Numbered from the stretch's first letter, positions 40,184 to 50,460 are shown. The stretch: DNA of 64,000 nt from Candidatus Micrarchaeota archaeon (GCA_043821365.1 JBDRCX010000006.1:160001-224000); one strand, 5' to 3'. The notes: generated by a model not told the origin, from the sequence alone. Program-made: numbers and translations.

Positions 40184-40983
40184 TATTCCTCGTCCCTCCT
40201 CTTTGACATAACTATGTATGAGTATGATGCTACCAAGACTATAATTAATGCAACAAGAGCAAGCCCATGAGTACTCTTAAGAGTATCGACAAAACCTTTT
40301 ATCAAATTAGCAAAAAAATCAGAAACTTCTTTATCAATACTGTCCTCAACATCGAATATAAGGGAAAATTTTACAAGTACAACATCAGTCCATGACAATG
40401 TTGTAACTGCAGCTGTAGTAGTTGATGTTGAAGGTTGGGGATTAGTATCAAGAACTATGCTATTTTGTGGGAGGTCAATGTACAAATAAACATTTTCATC
40501 AAGAATAATATTACCTTCAGACGTGGAAGTGAATGAAAGTGAAGATGGATTCAATGTATACCTATTTGTACGTGGTTTGTAAAGTTCCACACTAAAAAGT
40601 CCTGAATCATTTGTTGAGTTCACACTAGGATAAGCAGAATAATCAAGTATTATTTCTCCATGACATGTTTTTTGGATTGGGTTGCATTGTGTACGTGGCT
40701 GTGGTCTTACTCTCAAATCCTGTATATCAACAACTGAAGGATTTACATGGAATTTCATATCTTTAAGACCAATATTAGCTGACCAAAAAGAAAGTTGATT
40801 GCTTGAAATCCCACTATCGTAAAGTGAACTTGCATAGTCACCATAAAGAATAAATTTGATACTTTCATGGACTTTGGCACTGCCATCTGATCCAATATCA
40901 CTAATAGAAACTTCTACTTTTTCTATAGCAAAATCAGCATAAATAACTGATACAAGAAGCAATATTATGAGTGCCTTACGCAT
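40183..40983 (-). CDS. Secreted or membrane-anchored hypothetical protein
   Basis: Signal peptide and C-terminal TM. Confidence 0.75.
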   Translation of the reverse strand: MRKALIILLLVSVIYADFAIEKVEVSISDIGSDGSAKVHESIKFILYGDYASSLYDSGISSNQLSFWSANIGLKDMKFHVNPSVVDIQDLRVRPQPRTQCNPIQKTCHGEIILDYSAYPSVNSTNDSGLFSVELYKPRTNRYTLNPSSLSFTSTSEGNIILDENVYLYIDLPQNSIVLDTNPQPSTSTTTAAVTTLSWTDVVLVKFSLIFDVEDSIDKEVSDFFANLIKGFVDTLKSTHGLALVALIIVLVASYSYIVMSKRRDEE

Positions 40984-41023
40984 GAAATTAACTCTCGGAT
41001 AATGTATATAAATATGCCTGGAA

Positions 41024-42499
41024 TCAATTCTCGATCAATACACCAGGTAGATTTACTTCCCAGTTGTCAAACTTAGTTCGATCTGCCATTTCTGCAACTC
41101 CTGCCAGTGGAATTGACCGGGCAGTGGGATGGCCAGCTAATGTGCCCTCAAAACCCCACAACTCTGATTCAACATACCAATCATTAGGCTCAGTATTGGC
41201 ATTGTTATCTGGGAACCCACCAACCAAGGTTGCGCTTTGATCTATTTCTGATTGGACATATGCAAGATCACAATTCAACCTGACCCAAGATAATCCAGCC
41301 CTTTTCCTAAAACCATCATAGGCATGATGTATGTGTGGCTTATCTGGAGCTGCCTGGACATGATCACGAGATGCAAAAGATACTAGAACCTTCAAATTTG
41401 GAAGTTTTTGTCCGATTAATTCAAAGTTATCAATTGGTTCGCGATACTCCCAAAAACTTTTTACTTCTTCTGGTTTGCCAAGGTCAGTAGGCCAGTTTTG
41501 CAGAGTAAAAGCACCATTGTCAAATAATGCTTGTGTTAATGCTGGGGAAAAGTACCATGTGTCATTTATTTGGGGGCCTTTGTAATCAAGGATATAAACG
41601 CTCCCATTTGAAACTTTGTGGTAGGGTCTTCCACCAAGTTCGGCATCAATCCACCCTAATGTGGAATAATCAACAGATATGGAGAATTGTGTATATGCTG
41701 AATAATTATAATATGGATTTTCTAGCCGTTTGTTTTGTTCATCATAATGCCCGATTTCAAGTGCATACATCTCAACTGTTGTTGGATTTTCCCTACCCAC
41801 AAAATATTTCAGATCTTGAAAATATTCACCATAGTATGCCATAACATTTGTTGCAACAACACCAGAGTGGGATGATGCAAACATACCAACATTATCATAA
41901 TCTGCATTTATTGACACAATTTCATGGAGATAACTTCCATTACTATCAGGAATTTCACCTAAAGCAAAACGAATAACATCTCTAAATGCAGCTATACTTT
42001 GCGGTCCACCAAAATCATATGTTCCTTCGCTTCGTATTTTGGTAACTGGGTCAGTTTTGCCTGGCCAGAGATAGGACACTGAAATCGCACCAACATCAAC
42101 AGGATTATACTCTAAATGAAATTGGGTCATATCATCATTGTATTTTTTAACAAACCAAGTGGAAGCTACAACTACAATTGGTGAACTGTTACCATACCTT
42201 GGCTCAGAAGGAACATCTATCCTAACTGCAATTTTTCCATTCTCACTATTGTTTATTTGAGTTACAATGTATTCTCCGGGTTTGGCTGGAACAACTGATA
42301 TGTTTCTTGGAAAATGTAATTTACATATTTCGAATTCTTTTTGATCAACAATTCCGTCGTTATTATCATCGCAAGGATCATGAATCGTAAGATTAGTTGG
42401 ATTTGACGGTGGTTGAGAATTGAAAATTAAAAACAATCCAGCAATAATAAGTAAAAATACAACTACAAAATATAATAAAAAATTTTTATTTTCTATCAT
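41024..42499 (-). CDS. Membrane-anchored putative alpha/beta hydrolase with a Ca-binding-like loop
   Basis: N-terminal TM, DDNNDGIVDQKE, ASSHSG nucleophile-elbow-like motif. Confidence 0.55.
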   Translation of the reverse strand: MIENKNFLLYFVVVFLLIIAGLFLIFNSQPPSNPTNLTIHDPCDDNNDGIVDQKEFEICKLHFPRNISVVPAKPGEYIVTQINNSENGKIAVRIDVPSEPRYGNSSPIVVVASTWFVKKYNDDMTQFHLEYNPVDVGAISVSYLWPGKTDPVTKIRSEGTYDFGGPQSIAAFRDVIRFALGEIPDSNGSYLHEIVSINADYDNVGMFASSHSGVVATNVMAYYGEYFQDLKYFVGRENPTTVEMYALEIGHYDEQNKRLENPYYNYSAYTQFSISVDYSTLGWIDAELGGRPYHKVSNGSVYILDYKGPQINDTWYFSPALTQALFDNGAFTLQNWPTDLGKPEEVKSFWEYREPIDNFELIGQKLPNLKVLVSFASRDHVQAAPDKPHIHHAYDGFRKRAGLSWVRLNCDLAYVQSEIDQSATLVGGFPDNNANTEPNDWYVESELWGFEGTLAGHPTARSIPLAGVAEMADRTKFDNWEVNLPGVLIEN

Positions 42500-42576
42500 A
42501 TGCAATTAATCGACAGGTAGGTATAAATGAGTAACCCATAGGCTGATTTTTAAAATTCTAGTCTAGTATAATTAAT

Positions 42577-43659
42577 ATGGACTACACTATTTCTACACTG
42601 GGAAGCCATTCGGCACTTGATGTGTCTGAGGGTGCAAAAAAAGAAGGCTACAATACTTTAGTTGTTGCGCAAAAAGGAAGAGAAAAAACTTATTTGGGAC
42701 CATATAAAACCAGAAAACGCGGAGAAAATGAAATTGGAGTTATTGATGAACTTCTTTTGCTTAATAGATTTAATGAAATCCTAGACGAAAAAAACAGAGA
42801 ATTCATGAAAAAACGGAATTGTATCTTTGTACCAAACCGATCATTTGCTGTCTATGTTGGATACGATGGGATAGAAAAACAGTTTGACATACCGATATTT
42901 GGAAATAAATATTTGCTTAGAGCAGAGGAAAGAGATGTTGAAAAAAACCAATATTATTTGATGAAGAAGGCAGGAGTTAGAACACCAAAACAATTTCGAT
43001 CTCCGGATGAAATTGATAGATTAAGTATAGTAAAAGTAAGTGAAGCAAAACGAACATATGAAAGAGCTTTTTTTCTTGCTAGAAATTATGAAGAGTACAC
43101 AGAAAGAAGTGAGAGGCTAATCAAAGATGGTAAAACAACAAAAGAACAATTAGAAAAAGCAACCATAGAGGAGTATGTTGTTGGTTCTCAATTCAACTTG
43201 AACTTTTTCTATTCACCAGTACACGAAGAACTAGAACTTTTAGGAATTGATACACGAAGGCAAACTAATTTAGATGGTTATCTAAGAATGCCTGCAGATG
43301 CTCAACTAGACCTGTTGAGAATGCAACAGCCATCAACCATAGAGGTTGGGCACATTGCATGCACTTTAAGGGAATCTCTTTTAGAACAGGTATATGAGAT
43401 TGGTGAAAAATTTGTGGGTGCTATTCAGAAAGAGTATAAAAACGGGATAATTGGACCATTTGCATTACAAGGTGCGTTTGTAGAGGAAGAAGGAGAAAAA
43501 TTCATCTGTTTTGATGTATCATTAAGAATGCCTGGCTCGCCAGGAACACGATTTACTCCATATTCAGAATATTTATTCAGGGAAAGTATAAGTTTTGGCA
43601 GAAGAATTGCTAGGGAGATAAAAGACGCAAAAAATAAAATAGAAATAATAACGACTTAA
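42577..43659 (+). CDS. purP: PurP-family ATP-grasp enzyme (FAICAR synthase)
   Basis: TLGSHSALD, VPNRSF, GPFALQ, DVSLRMPGSP. Confidence 0.9.
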   Translation: MDYTISTLGSHSALDVSEGAKKEGYNTLVVAQKGREKTYLGPYKTRKRGENEIGVIDELLLLNRFNEILDEKNREFMKKRNCIFVPNRSFAVYVGYDGIEKQFDIPIFGNKYLLRAEERDVEKNQYYLMKKAGVRTPKQFRSPDEIDRLSIVKVSEAKRTYERAFFLARNYEEYTERSERLIKDGKTTKEQLEKATIEEYVVGSQFNLNFFYSPVHEELELLGIDTRRQTNLDGYLRMPADAQLDLLRMQQPSTIEVGHIACTLRESLLEQVYEIGEKFVGAIQKEYKNGIIGPFALQGAFVEEEGEKFICFDVSLRMPGSPGTRFTPYSEYLFRESISFGRRIAREIKDAKNKIEIITT

Positions 43660-44063
43660 TAATAGCCGCGACTATTCTGCCCCAGTAAGAATGGCGTAAG
43701 CATTTTGTATGCTTTTCGAGGTTTATCTACTTTTATGGCAAATACCCCATCTTCTCTATCAGTAGATAACATTGAAAGTTCAGTTACAATGATATTTTCA
43801 AACTCCAACATTTCAGTTATCTTTTCCATCGAATTACTGGAAACTTTTACGACTATTGAATCTGGGTGCGTCATGCTAAAACCATTTGACTCAAGTATTA
43901 ATGAGGCTTTTTTGGGGTCTTTTACTTCAAGAGAGATGATTGCTTTCCCTCCTACCACATCAACGAACAAACCATCAATATTAACACTTGATTTACCTAA
44001 AATGTAAGATATGTCAGCTAATAACCCAACCTTATCATCCGATATAATTGTTACAGATTTCAT
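43656..44063 (-). CDS. Tandem ACT-domain protein
   Basis: DKVGLLADISYILGKSSVNI. Confidence 0.8.
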   Translation of the reverse strand: MKSVTIISDDKVGLLADISYILGKSSVNIDGLFVDVVGGKAIISLEVKDPKKASLILESNGFSMTHPDSIVVKVSSNSMEKITEMLEFENIIVTELSMLSTDREDGVFAIKVDKPRKAYKMLTPFLLGQNSRGYY

Positions 44064-44071
44064 AATCCCAC

Positions 44072-44350
44072 CTACAACATTTGAACAAGATCATTTCCGA
44101 TCATGTCCAACTCTCTAAATGTTTTATAATTATCAGAAGGGCCAACCATAAATGCACGGACTTTTGCTCGTGCTATTGACTTTACAACTTGCATTTTTTC
44201 TAATGTAGTAAGTTGAATTTCTTCCTTGCGTAAAACATTGCACAGTGCTTCCATATGATGGAGAACACTATATGGATCACATTCTAAGGAAGAAGTTATA
44301 CTCAATATTTTTTTGGTCCTTTGTCTACTTTTTCTGGTTTTTTTGTACAT
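44072..44350 (-). CDS. Small hypothetical protein
   Basis: ORF fills the gap; start taken as ATG 44350. Confidence 0.55.
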   Translation of the reverse strand: MYKKTRKSRQRTKKILSITSSLECDPYSVLHHMEALCNVLRKEEIQLTTLEKMQVVKSIARAKVRAFMVGPSDNYKTFRELDMIGNDLVQML

Positions 44351-44539
44351 AACTAACCCCCACATAGAAGATATATATCTAAGGTTATATTAATATGTTT
44401 CGTAATTTTTTATGTGAAATTTATCAATTAGAGCATATATTTTATGTAAAATTCCACTGTATTTTTGTTACAAACGAGTAATTGTACAACCACAACTTAC
44501 ACAGAAAAAGAATAAATTGGTTGGTAACAAATAAAAAAC

Positions 44540-45424
44540 ATGCGAATTGTTATTGCCGATCAGATGGAAGACGTAGTAGTTGAAGAAATAAAAAAACTAG
44601 GCGAAGTTGAATACAAGCCAACAGATGTGAAAAAATCCCTTGAAAATGCAGATGTAGTCATTGTTAGGAGTGCTACAAAGCTCACAAGAGAACTTATATC
44701 TGAGGTAAAAAACCTGAAAATGGTCATCAGGGCAGGTGTTGGACTGGATAATGTAGACAAAAAAGCCTGTGAAGAAAAGAATATTAGGGTATTAAACACG
44801 CCAAACGCATCGAGTAATGCAGTTGCAGAGTTAGTGCTTGGATTAATGATAGCAATGCTAAGAAACGTGCAAAAGGCACACCACCAAATGAAAAACGGTA
44901 AATGGGATAAGAAGAATCTCACTGGAACAGAGATAGCAGGAAAGACCCTTGGAATTATTGGTTATGGACGAATTGGTGCCATGCTTGGAGATAAAGCACG
45001 ATTACTTGGGATGGAGATCATTTCATACAATCCACTCCCAAGACCAGACGTAAAGAACGTTGTCTTTATAGATAGTTTAGATGATTTTCTTGCAAAGGCA
45101 GATGTCATTTCATTACATGTCCCTGCGACTAATGAAACATGTAACATGATAAACAAGGAAAATATTGAAAAAATGAAAACCGGGATTTTTATTATTAATA
45201 CGTCAAGGGGAGAAGTTATAGATGAGGATGCACTCTACGATGCATGTAAGACAGGAAAAATTGCAGGTGTTGCTCTAGATGTTTACAAACATGAGCCATA
45301 CACTGGAAAACTTCTTGAACTTGAAAACGTGTTTTTTACACCGCACCTTGGAGCAGGAACAAAAGAAGCACAAATTAGAATTGGCCAAGAAGTGATTACT
45401 ATTCTGAAAAATGAGCTGAAATAA
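44540..45424 (+). CDS. D-isomer 2-hydroxyacid dehydrogenase (SerA-like, no ACT domain)
   Basis: RAGVGLDN, GIIGYGRIG, INTSRG, DVYKHEP, TPHLGA. Confidence 0.9.
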   Translation: MRIVIADQMEDVVVEEIKKLGEVEYKPTDVKKSLENADVVIVRSATKLTRELISEVKNLKMVIRAGVGLDNVDKKACEEKNIRVLNTPNASSNAVAELVLGLMIAMLRNVQKAHHQMKNGKWDKKNLTGTEIAGKTLGIIGYGRIGAMLGDKARLLGMEIISYNPLPRPDVKNVVFIDSLDDFLAKADVISLHVPATNETCNMINKENIEKMKTGIFIINTSRGEVIDEDALYDACKTGKIAGVALDVYKHEPYTGKLLELENVFFTPHLGAGTKEAQIRIGQEVITILKNELK

Positions 45425-46158
45425 TGACAATAGATCTGTTCTTTGGTGCAATTGCAGTAACATTAGCCACCTCGCTAGGTGCCATAACATCCTCATTTTT
45501 CAACAAAATGGCATCGCGATGGTATGTTTTCTTGCTTGCATTTTCAGCAGGTATGATGACATACGCTGCGATAGAGATGTTTAATGAATCTAATCGAAGC
45601 GCAGGAATTGAAATAGCATTAACTGGATTTTTTATTGGAGTTGTACTTATATTTATTGCAGAAAAAGCAATCCCCCATTTACACAAACATATAAAAAAAA
45701 CAGATATTCCAACATCTAAAAAAAAGGTTACCTTAGTTGTTGGTACTATAGTCCTCCACAACATACCAGAAGGTTTTGCAGTCGCTGCTGCGTTTGCAGT
45801 TTCACCAACCCTTGGTTGGTTCATAACAACTGCTATTGCGATACAAGACGTACCTGAAGGTGCCCTTGTTACTGGTCCTTTGGCTTATTATGGTCTGGAC
45901 AATAAGAAATCAGTGTTTTATGGTATTATGTCTGGAGTGGTTGAGGGGTTGTCGGCAATAATTGGATATGTGTTTCTAACAATAATAGTTGGAATAACCC
46001 CGATTGCATTAGGCATATCAGCAGGTGCTATGACCTATGTAGTATTGATGGAATTGTTACCTGATGCATTTGAAAAACAAGAAAACAGAGCTGCTTGCGT
46101 GCTTGCATTTCTCGGAGGCATTACCCTAACCATTCTGCTTGCTGGTTTGTTCTCTTAG
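45424..46158 (+). CDS. ZIP-family metal transporter (ZupT/GufA)
   Basis: LHNIPEG and IQDVPEG. Confidence 0.9.
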   Translation: MTIDLFFGAIAVTLATSLGAITSSFFNKMASRWYVFLLAFSAGMMTYAAIEMFNESNRSAGIEIALTGFFIGVVLIFIAEKAIPHLHKHIKKTDIPTSKKKVTLVVGTIVLHNIPEGFAVAAAFAVSPTLGWFITTAIAIQDVPEGALVTGPLAYYGLDNKKSVFYGIMSGVVEGLSAIIGYVFLTIIVGITPIALGISAGAMTYVVLMELLPDAFEKQENRAACVLAFLGGITLTILLAGLFS

Positions 46159-46461
46159 CTATTCAATTTCTGCTTCTATAGTGTCTGCTTCTACAGTAAT
46201 TGAAGATTTTTTTGTAAAGTTTGATGGAGACATACCCTTAGGGAATACCACCGTACTCTTGTGTTTTATTGGAAGTTTAAGTTCTTCAGCAAGACGGACC
46301 ATCTCTGTCGCAGGCATATAATGTTTACATACTAAAAAAGGAACTTCGCCTTGGGAAGTGTTTTCCTTCACAACATCTAAGCGATGACTTTGTCTTAGAC
46401 CAGCAACATAAACTTTTACATCAACATAACCGCGTTTCAAAATCTCATTTTTGTCATTCAT
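46159..46461 (-). CDS. Small hypothetical protein
   Basis: ATG 46461 overlaps the NAD kinase stop. Confidence 0.65.
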   Translation of the reverse strand: MNDKNEILKRGYVDVKVYVAGLRQSHRLDVVKENTSQGEVPFLVCKHYMPATEMVRLAEELKLPIKHKSTVVFPKGMSPSNFTKKSSITVEADTIEAEIE

Positions 46462-47158
46462 TTTTACCCACCCCATTGAAGAATATCATATCAGAACCTT
46501 TCCTTATATTCACTACCTCACCAGGTTTTAAATTTCTGATGAAAATGCCATCAAGTATAAAAGCACAATCAGAACCTGCTTTTATTGATACTTTTTCATT
46601 TTCACTTAATACAAGAGGGAGAAATGCACGTTTATATGCACATATGGGCACCACACTAATGTTCCGTTCTTTTGGTTTGAATTTTCTTCCTCCTGCAGAA
46701 AATGCATATGCAGTAGAGCCAACTGGAGATGAGATTATCATCCCATCTCCTTCAAAGAAATATATTCTGCCTTTTGTTTTGACACCCATCTCAACAACCC
46801 TATAATGAGTTGCGTGAACAACAATATCATTTAACACACGATAACTTTTTCCACTAACTTCGCAGTTTAGGGTCATTATCTTTTCAAATTTTTTGGATTC
46901 TAATATTTTTACTGATTCTTTCCAGTTTTTGTGGTGAATTTGACAGATATAACTTGTATCCCCACCTATCCCAAGGACTGCTCCTTCAATGTCCCCATTA
47001 TGCCCAGCATAAAGAACAGTTCCATCGCCCCCAATACAGACAGTTGCATCTGCCTCTTTTGTCACAATGATATGTTTTTGTGATAAGAAATCACTGATTT
47101 TTTTAGCAAGAGCTTTTGCCCACGCTTTCTTAGGATTTGCAATAATTTTGATTTTCAT
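46454..47158 (-). CDS. NAD(+) kinase
   Basis: GGDGT, EGDGMIISSPVGSTAYAFSAGG; start moved to ATG 47158. Confidence 0.9.
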   Translation of the reverse strand: MKIKIIANPKKAWAKALAKKISDFLSQKHIIVTKEADATVCIGGDGTVLYAGHNGDIEGAVLGIGGDTSYICQIHHKNWKESVKILESKKFEKIMTLNCEVSGKSYRVLNDIVVHATHYRVVEMGVKTKGRIYFFEGDGMIISSPVGSTAYAFSAGGRKFKPKERNISVVPICAYKRAFLPLVLSENEKVSIKAGSDCAFILDGIFIRNLKPGEVVNIRKGSDMIFFNGVGKNE

Positions 47159-47162
47159 ATTC

Positions 47163-48266
47163 TCATTCCAGGTCTTTTTTAAACTTATTAAGCTTGACAA
47201 GAGCAAGTCCAAAACTCTGCCATTTGCCATCTTGCATTTTGTAAAAATCATTATCAGTAATCAAGATAATTATATCATTGGTGTTTTTACTACAGTCTTC
47301 CCCTTCACATAAAGAAAACTCCACCCCCACCTCTCCAAGATATTCTCCATCCTGGGGTTCAAATAGGGATGCACCGGAAAGTTCAGATATGTCTCTTGAT
47401 GTTTCAATTTTTTGCTCAGATAAACCAACCACACAGTGCCCAAGTAATTGATTTGTAGTATAAGAAGTGGTATAGCAGATAACAACCGGATTAAGATCTT
47501 TTAATGAACCGAAATTTACTTCTTCTGCATGATCATAATACCAAATACGACCATCTCCCTCATAAACAATGAATTCACCATTTCCAGATTCCCATCCTAT
47601 TACATCAGTGTCTGGATTGTTTTCTTTGATGTCATTTAGAATTGCTTTCAAAAAGAGAGAATAATCCTCACAATCTCCACCGCCTCTTGAAACTAATTCA
47701 TCCAGAGGATATAATTTATCTGGATTTTCATTTTTGTAAGAAAATTTTAAATTTTTCTTCATAAAAAACTCAATGCATGCAAGATTAAGACCATCATCCA
47801 TGCATTTTTTTTCTATATAAGACACGAAATAATCTAGAGATGGGGGCATGTTGGAATTGGCACTAAACCATTCCATTGATTCATTTATTGTTTGCTCTAT
47901 GTTTTCGACTTCAAGTTTTAAAGTTTCAAATCCTTCTTGGGCTTCTTCTAAGGATAGTGATTTGTTTGCAAGTTCTTGTTTGGTTGTGTTGAGCTCAATT
48001 TGAGTAGAAAGAAGAAGATTATGAGTATTCTCCAGTTCTTGGTTTTTCTCCATAATTTGATCGCCAAGATCATCAATTTGATCAGATTGCACTAGGATGG
48101 TTGAATTAAGCAATGTGATTGTGTTCATAAGATGGGATTTTTCAGCATCAAAACTAGTTTGTTGTTTTGTGATGTCTCCTTGAAAAGAGAGAACCAGAGT
48201 TATTAGTATTGCATTTGAAAGAAATAGCAAGAGTATAAGTGCGATATCTAGTTTAGACAGGTTCAC
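47163..48266 (-). CDS. TM anchor plus coiled coil plus transglutaminase-like cysteine peptidase domain
   Basis: GGGDCEDY, GHCVV, FEPQ; long heptad region. Confidence 0.65.
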   Translation of the reverse strand: MNLSKLDIALILLLFLSNAILITLVLSFQGDITKQQTSFDAEKSHLMNTITLLNSTILVQSDQIDDLGDQIMEKNQELENTHNLLLSTQIELNTTKQELANKSLSLEEAQEGFETLKLEVENIEQTINESMEWFSANSNMPPSLDYFVSYIEKKCMDDGLNLACIEFFMKKNLKFSYKNENPDKLYPLDELVSRGGGDCEDYSLFLKAILNDIKENNPDTDVIGWESGNGEFIVYEGDGRIWYYDHAEEVNFGSLKDLNPVVICYTTSYTTNQLLGHCVVGLSEQKIETSRDISELSGASLFEPQDGEYLGEVGVEFSLCEGEDCSKNTNDIIILITDNDFYKMQDGKWQSFGLALVKLNKFKKDLE

Positions 48267-48337
48267 AGATTGGATAGGTAAATTAGATTTAAATTGTTAT
48301 AGTCGATTATAATAAAAAAATAGAAAATAAAAAAAGA

Positions 48338-49417
48338 TTAACCTAGAACTTCAAGGTCAGAAGAATAGGTTGGGATTACTGTTTCTTCATCAATCATTGA
48401 TGAACCAGCAACTGAAGCACCTTTTACGCCAGTAACTATTGCAACTATTTCTAGTTTGCCTTCATAGTTTTGCATAATTCTTGCTCCCCATTTGACGTTT
48501 GCTTCAGCATCCATCTTTTCAGTTACCCATTCACCAGCTTTGATTGCGTCTCCTAAGGTAAGGTCACTACCACCAGTGATGTGGATAAGTGCGCCCTTTG
48601 CACCTTCAAAGTCAACATCTAGTAATCTGTTTTTTATGACTCCATCTGCAGCAGCTTTAACTTTATCATTTCCTTTACCTTCACCAACTGCAATGAAACC
48701 AACGCCTCCGCCTTCCATGATTGCACGGACATCGGCAAAGTCAATGTTGATCAAAGACGGTTGTGTAATTGTCCAAACAAGACCGCTAATTGCTCTTGAG
48801 AGAATCTCATCAGCAACTGCAAATGCTTCTGCCATTGGTAAATTTGGAACCAACTGAACCAATCTATTGTTATCAAGAATGATAACTGAATCGCAGCTCT
48901 TTTTCAGAAGTTTTATACCGTCTTCTGCCCTCTTTTTTCTTGCTCTTTCCAAAGCAAATGGGTAGGTAACCATTGCAACAACAATTGCTCCTTGTTCTTT
49001 TGCAATCTGAGCAATAATTGGAGCAGCACCACCACCAGTACCACCACCCATACCAGCACAAACGAATACAAGGTGGGCACCTTCAAGTTCTCTTTCAACC
49101 AAAGGCCTGTCTACTTCACAGGACTTGGCTCCAATATCTGGATAGCCCCCTGCACCCAAACCTTTTGTAACGGACTTACCAATCAATACTTTTTTGGCTC
49201 TCTCGTGAACAATGTTCAAATGCTGCTTATCTGTGTTAACAGCAACTAAATCAGTACCTTTAACTCCAGACTTTATAAGTCTGTTAATGGTGTTGTTACC
49301 AGCACCACCCACACCGACAGTAACAATCTTAATACATTCAGAGCTGAGTGCATCAGATGATGATTTATCGGCTTGCGGCGTATTTTCCCCGACTACTGAT
49401 CTTACCAAATCTTCCAT
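48338..49417 (-). CDS. ftsZ: Cell division protein FtsZ (copy B)
   Basis: [25 protein letters not shown]; AGGTGA ribosome-binding site before ATG 49417. Confidence 0.95.
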   Translation of the reverse strand: MEDLVRSVVGENTPQADKSSSDALSSECIKIVTVGVGGAGNNTINRLIKSGVKGTDLVAVNTDKQHLNIVHERAKKVLIGKSVTKGLGAGGYPDIGAKSCEVDRPLVERELEGAHLVFVCAGMGGGTGGGAAPIIAQIAKEQGAIVVAMVTYPFALERARKKRAEDGIKLLKKSCDSVIILDNNRLVQLVPNLPMAEAFAVADEILSRAISGLVWTITQPSLINIDFADVRAIMEGGGVGFIAVGEGKGNDKVKAAADGVIKNRLLDVDFEGAKGALIHITGGSDLTLGDAIKAGEWVTEKMDAEANVKWGARIMQNYEGKLEIVAIVTGVKGASVAGSSMIDEETVIPTYSSDLEVLG

Positions 49418-49615
49418 ATTTTTCACCTTATTTAAATTAAGTAAAAATGCATTGCATTTTTACACCTTAATACTTTCCTGGTCGTTTTTTCTCTCGAATA
49501 CGAGAGTAAGTAATGACCGGTCCGGGGATTTAAATAGTTTTTGTTTTACGTCTGAATAATGACAACATAAAAGAACAAATAAGAAGACATGATGAAGGAT
49601 ACCGAGGGAAAAGCA

Positions 49616-49640
49616 TAAATACATTGACTAAATGTATTTA
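49616..49640. promoter_or_regulatory. Inverted repeat upstream of the antitoxin
   Basis: TAAATACATT-GACTA-AATGTATTTA, perfect 10-bp arms. Confidence 0.55.
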
Positions 49641-49682
49641 TCAAAATATGAATAGAAATGTGTTCATTTAGGGGTGATCAAG

Positions 49683-49898
49683 ATGGTAAAGGTGATAACA
49701 ATAATGGATGATGTATACGCAGACCTTTATAGATTGAAAAAATCCAAAGCTATGAGTTTTAGTGAGATTTTGAGATTTTTGTTGAAAGAGAAAAGAGAGG
49801 GGAGTAGCATTATCAGTCTTGCTGGAAGTATAGAAGAAACTGACATTAACCACCGTGAGGTAGAACGGATAAAACGGGAGAGAGTACTTAATCGATAG
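49683..49898 (+). CDS. VapB-like antitoxin (DUF217-like)
   Basis: KVITIMDDVY...SFSEILRFLL...LAG; lies upstream of a PIN-like gene. Confidence 0.78.
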   Translation: MVKVITIMDDVYADLYRLKKSKAMSFSEILRFLLKEKREGSSIISLAGSIEETDINHREVERIKRERVLNR

Positions 49899-49937
49899 AT
49901 GTGTGCGATCAGAAAAACATGCCCAGTTAAACAAAGA

Positions 49938-49966
49938 GTTTTTGGGCGCTTTTTACCAAAAAGCGC
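49938..49966 (+). repeat. REP-like hairpin element, copy 2
   Basis: GTTTTTGG-GCGC-TTTTT-ACC-AAAAA-GCGC. Confidence 0.75.
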
Positions 49967-49978
49967 AGGTGAATAAAA

Positions 49979-50353
49979 ATGGAAAGAATTTGTTTGGATT
50001 TTGAAGCTGCACTTGATTTTCTTCGAGGAGACCCGAATATTATTGATAAGATGAGGTATTATGCGGATCATGAAGAAATTTGTATAACAAGTTTAACAAT
50101 GATGCACCTCCTCGAGGTTGTTAACAAACCAGAGGTAGTTTTATCTTTCTGTGCCAATGTCACCATATTATCATTTGATAAGAAAGCTGCCCAGATTGCC
50201 TCGAAAATACTCAGTGATATGAAAGATAAGAGTGAAGGTTTTAGAATAACAGATAGCACATTAACAGCTGCAATTTGCATGTCTAATGAAGCATTTTTAT
50301 TCACAAGAACAACCGGAAAGTTTGACGGAATAAAAGGATTAAGAAAAGTTTAG
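49979..50353 (+). CDS. VapC/PIN-domain protein with a degenerate active site
   Basis: ICLD, LSFDKKAAQIA, TAA, F..IKGL follow the PIN pattern. Confidence 0.75.
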   Translation: MERICLDFEAALDFLRGDPNIIDKMRYYADHEEICITSLTMMHLLEVVNKPEVVLSFCANVTILSFDKKAAQIASKILSDMKDKSEGFRITDSTLTAAICMSNEAFLFTRTTGKFDGIKGLRKV

Positions 50354-50381
50354 TTTATATCTTCTAATAATAGGAGATTAC

Positions 50382-50450
50382 GGACCTTGTTGCGAATGGT
50401 GATCCGTTCGCGACTATCAAAAAGCTTTGTTTTTTGACATGGTCCTTTTT
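50382..50450 (+). ncRNA. Structured leader or small RNA before purQ
   Basis: Three stems forming a junction, followed by TTTTT; TTTATAT at 50354-50360. Confidence 0.45.
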
Positions 50451-50460
50451 ATGTGATATT

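Noticed and set aside
49589-49595. ATGATGA as the C box of a third sRNA
   Set aside because: No CTGA follows at guide distance.
49519-50386. GGTCCG/CGGACC as terminal inverted repeats of a mobile TA cassette
   Set aside because: Only 6 bp, with no target duplication or transposase.
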